The notes under the pieces were generated by a model. It saw only the letters and a list, made by a program, of their open reading frames with translations. It was not told where the DNA came from and ran no database searches. Shown here one piece after another: positions 60,512-64,000 of a stretch of 64,000 bases of DNA (positions are counted from its first letter, which is position 1; each line of letters opens with the position of its first letter). This DNA is from a virus (taxonomy: Duplodnaviria; Caudoviricetes). Both the position numbers and the translations under genes were made by a program. The stretch lies in IMG/VR virus record IMGVR_UViG_2856153290_000001, positions 1 through 64,000 of that record; one strand, given 5' to 3'.

Positions 60512-62050
60512 ATGCCTAAATCATCTCCAAGGCATCGGCGAGGCCTGCTCTCACGACTCGGCATTGGTGCCAAGAAGTGGGAGAACGACCACCTCCCCGA
60601 GAGCCACGAAATCACGCCAGCCGACACCATGCTCTACGGTGCCGGCACGACGACGGTCGCGAGCCTCATGGCCTCGGGGACGCGTCAGGCTCGCACTCGC
60701 CAGGCCATCTACAACAAGTGGTCGCAGATGGAGTCCGACCCCATCGTGTCGTCGGCGGTCAAGCTGCTGGTGACGTCGGCCCTGGGCGGCCACGAGACCA
60801 CGGGCGATATCGTCTTCATCGAGAAGCGGCCGGTAGCCGACGAGAACGACCAACTGGGCAAGCTGGTCGAGGACATCCGCGAAGACCTGTCAGGCATCCT
60901 GAACCGCGCCGCCTACCCCATGGCATACCTCGGGGGCGTGTTCGGCGACTCCTACGCCCGCATCTACACCGATCAGCGCGGCGTCGTCGACCTGTACGTC
61001 GACGAGCTCGTCAGGCCGCCGCTGGTGCAGCCGTTCGACCGCGGCAGCCGCACGGTGGGCTTCGCCATCTATACCGGCGAGCGCAACTTCCAGCGCCTGG
61101 ACACCACGCAGATGGCGCGCCTCAAGATGCCGCGCAGCCAGTGGGTGCCGCAGCATGGCGTATTCGAGAAGTCGCTGAAGATCGCGCTCAGCACCGATGA
61201 CGTCAACGAGCTGCCGCTAATGCCGGCCATGGCGGGCGGCTCGCTCATTTATCCGGCGGAAGACGCCTACGACAACCTGGTATCCAGCCTGCTGGGCCTG
61301 GTCGGCCAGCGCTGGATGGATTCGATCGACGAGCAAATGCTCACCGTGAACCTCAACGACATGTCGAAGGACATGCAGGAGAAGTTCATGGGCTCGATCA
61401 CCGACATGCTCAAGCGCTCCAAGGAGATCGCCGAGGAAGCGGTCAAGGGTGGTCGGCCGATCATGGAGCGCATTCGGCACGTGATCCCCACCTTCGGCGA
61501 CAAGCAGCTGACCCGAGTCGAGGGGGGCGGCCAGTCCGGCCGCGCCGATCAGGTGAGCATCGAAGACGTCATGCTGCACGCCCGCCTGCTGTCCGGCGCC
61601 ATCGGCGTCGACCTGTCGATGATCGGCTTCGCCGACCAGCTGTCGGGCGGCCTGGGGGAGGGCGGGTTCTTCCGCACCTCGGCGCAGGCGGCCGAGAGCG
61701 CGCGCGTGATTCGCGTCGCCCTGGCCGACGCCTTCAACCATGTCATCGACATGCACACCCTGAAGCGCTACGGCGTGGTGTTCCCGCCCAGCGAGCGGCC
61801 GTGGCGCATCAACTTCTATGGCTCGATATCCGCGCTCGAGGCCGAGCGTCAGCGCACGCTCAACGACGGCATGGGCGTCGGCATCGGCCTGGCACAGGCC
61901 ATTGCCGCCATGCGTGACATGGGGGCCAACAAGAAGATTCTCGAGGCCTTCCTGACCGACACCATGCAGCTGGACGAGGAGCAGGCCAAGCTCTACGCCC
62001 AGCTCGCCGAGATGGGCAAGGATGACGGCAACGGCCAGGGGTGGCCATGA
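60512..62050 (+). CDS. Portal protein (P1 Prt-like)
   Basis: About 510 aa; MESDPIVSSA, FGDSYAR, GGLGEGGFFRTS; adjacent to darB/ulx as in P1. Confidence 0.75.
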   Translation: MPKSSPRHRRGLLSRLGIGAKKWENDHLPESHEITPADTMLYGAGTTTVASLMASGTRQARTRQAIYNKWSQMESDPIVSSAVKLLVTSALGGHETTGDIVFIEKRPVADENDQLGKLVEDIREDLSGILNRAAYPMAYLGGVFGDSYARIYTDQRGVVDLYVDELVRPPLVQPFDRGSRTVGFAIYTGERNFQRLDTTQMARLKMPRSQWVPQHGVFEKSLKIALSTDDVNELPLMPAMAGGSLIYPAEDAYDNLVSSLLGLVGQRWMDSIDEQMLTVNLNDMSKDMQEKFMGSITDMLKRSKEIAEEAVKGGRPIMERIRHVIPTFGDKQLTRVEGGGQSGRADQVSIEDVMLHARLLSGAIGVDLSMIGFADQLSGGLGEGGFFRTSAQAAESARVIRVALADAFNHVIDMHTLKRYGVVFPPSERPWRINFYGSISALEAERQRTLNDGMGVGIGLAQAIAAMRDMGANKKILEAFLTDTMQLDEEQAKLYAQLAEMGKDDGNGQGWP

Positions 62051-62946
62051 GCCTGTTCGACAAGCTTTCCGGCGCCGGGGCCAGCGGCAACGTCATCGGC
62101 AGTGCCGACGGCGCGATTCGCTCCGGGGCCAGCCAAATCGGCAGTCGAGTCGGCAACCTGGCGGGGGGCGGCCGGCTTGCCGGCGCCGTCTCGCAGGCCG
62201 GCGCCTCCATCGGCGCGCAGGCTGCCAGCCGGGCCATGCACAGCCATATCCCGCCTGGCATGCGCAACACCATCAATGCCGGCGCGCAGGCCGCCAGTCA
62301 GATCGCTGGCGGCGACATCGAGGGCGGAATCCTGACGGCGCTGGAAGCCGGGCTGGCCGGCGACAGGCTGGGCAACCTGCTTGGCGGCCAGGCCAGCCAG
62401 GGGCGCTACTGGAGCGCGGCCAACATGCTGTATGGCGGCATCACGCCGTCGGAGGCCAAGCGCATCTATCAGGAAGCCGTCGACGCCCCGCGCGCCAAGA
62501 AGAACCTGTACCTGCTCAAGGTGCAGAGCGCGCTGGCCGGCGACTTCTCGCATGAGTTCAACCTGTTCTGCACCGATATCGACCGCGGCCCGAGCGAGGT
62601 CTCCGGCGGCAAGGCGCGCGCCGGCAGCGCCCAGCTCGACACCCTGACGCAGGCCGAGCCCGTGGTCTTGCGCATGACCACCATGGACGACCGCTCCGGC
62701 ACGCTGAAGCGCTGGTTTGAAGCTCACGTCGAGGCGACCGCCCATGCCGACGGCTCGTTCGGCGTGCCGGCCGAGTACGCCATCGTGATCAGCATCCAGC
62801 ATGCCTTCGTGGGTGATATCGGCGCCTTCACCGGGCGCCTGCTGTGCCGCGCCATGAGCTACGAGGTCGGGCTGTCGCGGCGTGAGGATGCCATGGAGGA
62901 GTTGCAGATGACGTTCACCCAGCTCGACACCTTCATGAGTCCGTAG
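62047..62946 (+). CDS. Tail/baseplate tube-like protein
   Basis: Gly/Ala-rich N-terminus; tube-fold-like C-terminus (EELQMTFTQ). Confidence 0.5.
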   Translation: MSLFDKLSGAGASGNVIGSADGAIRSGASQIGSRVGNLAGGGRLAGAVSQAGASIGAQAASRAMHSHIPPGMRNTINAGAQAASQIAGGDIEGGILTALEAGLAGDRLGNLLGGQASQGRYWSAANMLYGGITPSEAKRIYQEAVDAPRAKKNLYLLKVQSALAGDFSHEFNLFCTDIDRGPSEVSGGKARAGSAQLDTLTQAEPVVLRMTTMDDRSGTLKRWFEAHVEATAHADGSFGVPAEYAIVISIQHAFVGDIGAFTGRLLCRAMSYEVGLSRREDAMEELQMTFTQLDTFMSP

Positions 62947-62948
62947 CC

Positions 62949-64000
62949 ATGCTCAAGCACGACAACCACGGCTTCCTGGTTGGCGAGCGCCTTGCCGCCG
63001 ACGACATCACCGGCCGCCTGGATGCGATTCGCAACGAGGTCGCCGCCCTGCGCCGAGACATCGGCGGGAGCAACGCCAGCCCCGTGGCCAGGCCGCGGCA
63101 GGTCGAGCGAGTAGAGGCCGGCCCTGAGCATGCCGCCGGCAGCCCTTCGTCAGAGCCTGGCGCTGTCTCCAGCGAGGCGCGCCGCAACGAGGTCGTGATT
63201 CGCATCGACCGCCCGGCCGTGGCGGCGACGCCACCCGATCGCCAGGCGCCGGGGCGATACGTCTACCGCGCGGCGCAGGCCGCAGGCAGCGAGGGCGAAG
63301 CCTCGGCGGCTTCACCGTCGCGGCCGGCCAGCCAGGCCGAGCCCGGTCCCGCCACCTCTCAACCGGTCGCGCGCGCGACGGCGCGACCGGCAACGCCCAG
63401 CCCTGGCGCCGGTCGCGATGCCGGCGGCCGGTTCGTGCGCCGCTCGGAGGCGGCCTCGCCCGGCGGGCGGCAGCGGGGCGACGGCAGCCCGCGCGACGAC
63501 GATGAGGACGGCGGCCGGCTGTCGACAGCCATCGACGGCATGGGGCGACGCCTGGGCGACGCCCTGCAAGAGGTCGGTACCGGCACCGAAGAGGCTGACC
63601 CGGCGGTCAAGGCCTTCAACGAGGTCGCGCAGCCGCTGTCCCGCGGCTTCAGCAAGATCATGGGCGGCGACAGCGACCGCAATCAGGAGCGTTGGTACCG
63701 CCGCTTCTGGCGGATGATGCGGCGCAAGAATCGCGACGACGAACAAGAGGGCAAGCGACAGCGCCGCATCCTGAAGAACATCGAGCGCAAGCCGGTGAGC
63801 GACGGCGGCGGCTCCATGCTGTGGCGAGGCGTCCTGCTGCTGCTGGCCCCGATCACGGCCATGCTGTCCCTGCTTGGCGCACTGCCCCTGGCGATAGCCG
63901 GCGCCCTGGCCTCGAGCCTCAAGTGGCTGCTGACCGCCATGGGCATGGGCAGCATGGCGCGCCGCATTCCGGTACCGGGCGCCGGGCGCCGAGCAGGCGG
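62949..64000 (+). CDS. Probable tape measure protein (truncated by the window end)
   Basis: ORF not in the track because it has no stop in the window: MLKHDNHGFLVGE..., RDAGGRFV motif, hydrophobic LLLLAPITAMLSLLGALPLAIAG segment. Confidence 0.6.
   Translation, partial: MLKHDNHGFLVGERLAADDITGRLDAIRNEVAALRRDIGGSNASPVARPRQVERVEAGPEHAAGSPSSEPGAVSSEARRNEVVIRIDRPAVAATPPDRQAPGRYVYRAAQAAGSEGEASAASPSRPASQAEPGPATSQPVARATARPATPSPGAGRDAGGRFVRRSEAASPGGRQRGDGSPRDDDEDGGRLSTAIDGMGRRLGDALQEVGTGTEEADPAVKAFNEVAQPLSRGFSKIMGGDSDRNQERWYRRFWRMMRRKNRDDEQEGKRQRRILKNIERKPVSDGGGSMLWRGVLLLLAPITAMLSLLGALPLAIAGALASSLKWLLTAMGMGSMARRIPVPGAGRRAG

Overview
This window is the left ~64 kb of a GC-rich temperate myovirus prophage, probably from a gammaproteobacterium. 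It starts at the integrase ATG and ends inside a probable tape-measure gene. The genome is a hybrid. The left half (1-28 kb) is lambdoid: tyrosine integrase and xis, a leftward early operon (YqaJ/RecT/SSB, RdgC, Dam and Dcm methylases, many small ORFs), a cI/cro switch with TGCA-N4-TGCA operators, a KilA-N antirepressor, a lambda-O-like initiator with iterons, NinB and RuvC. The right half (28-64 kb) is a phage-P1-type virion module: terminases, head protease, capsid, sheath, tube, baseplate, PAAR, lysis cassette, portal, and a Dar-like antirestriction set (Hdf-like, a DarA/DdrB/ART/PPase polyvalent fusion, DarB, Ulx). The main sequence-level observations are (i) six copies of a fixed-spacing late-promoter motif GGAAAA-N29-YANNNT, with an XRE-HTH gene in the position of P1 lpa; (ii) a dense GAAACC cluster inside terS (candidate pac site); (iii) a low-GC gene pair in the lambda rexAB position; (iv) strong over-representation of the palindrome CGGTACCG; and (v) a recurring hydrophobic-D-S/A motif in head proteins (candidate protease site). 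All family assignments come from motif recognition by eye; no database searches were run.
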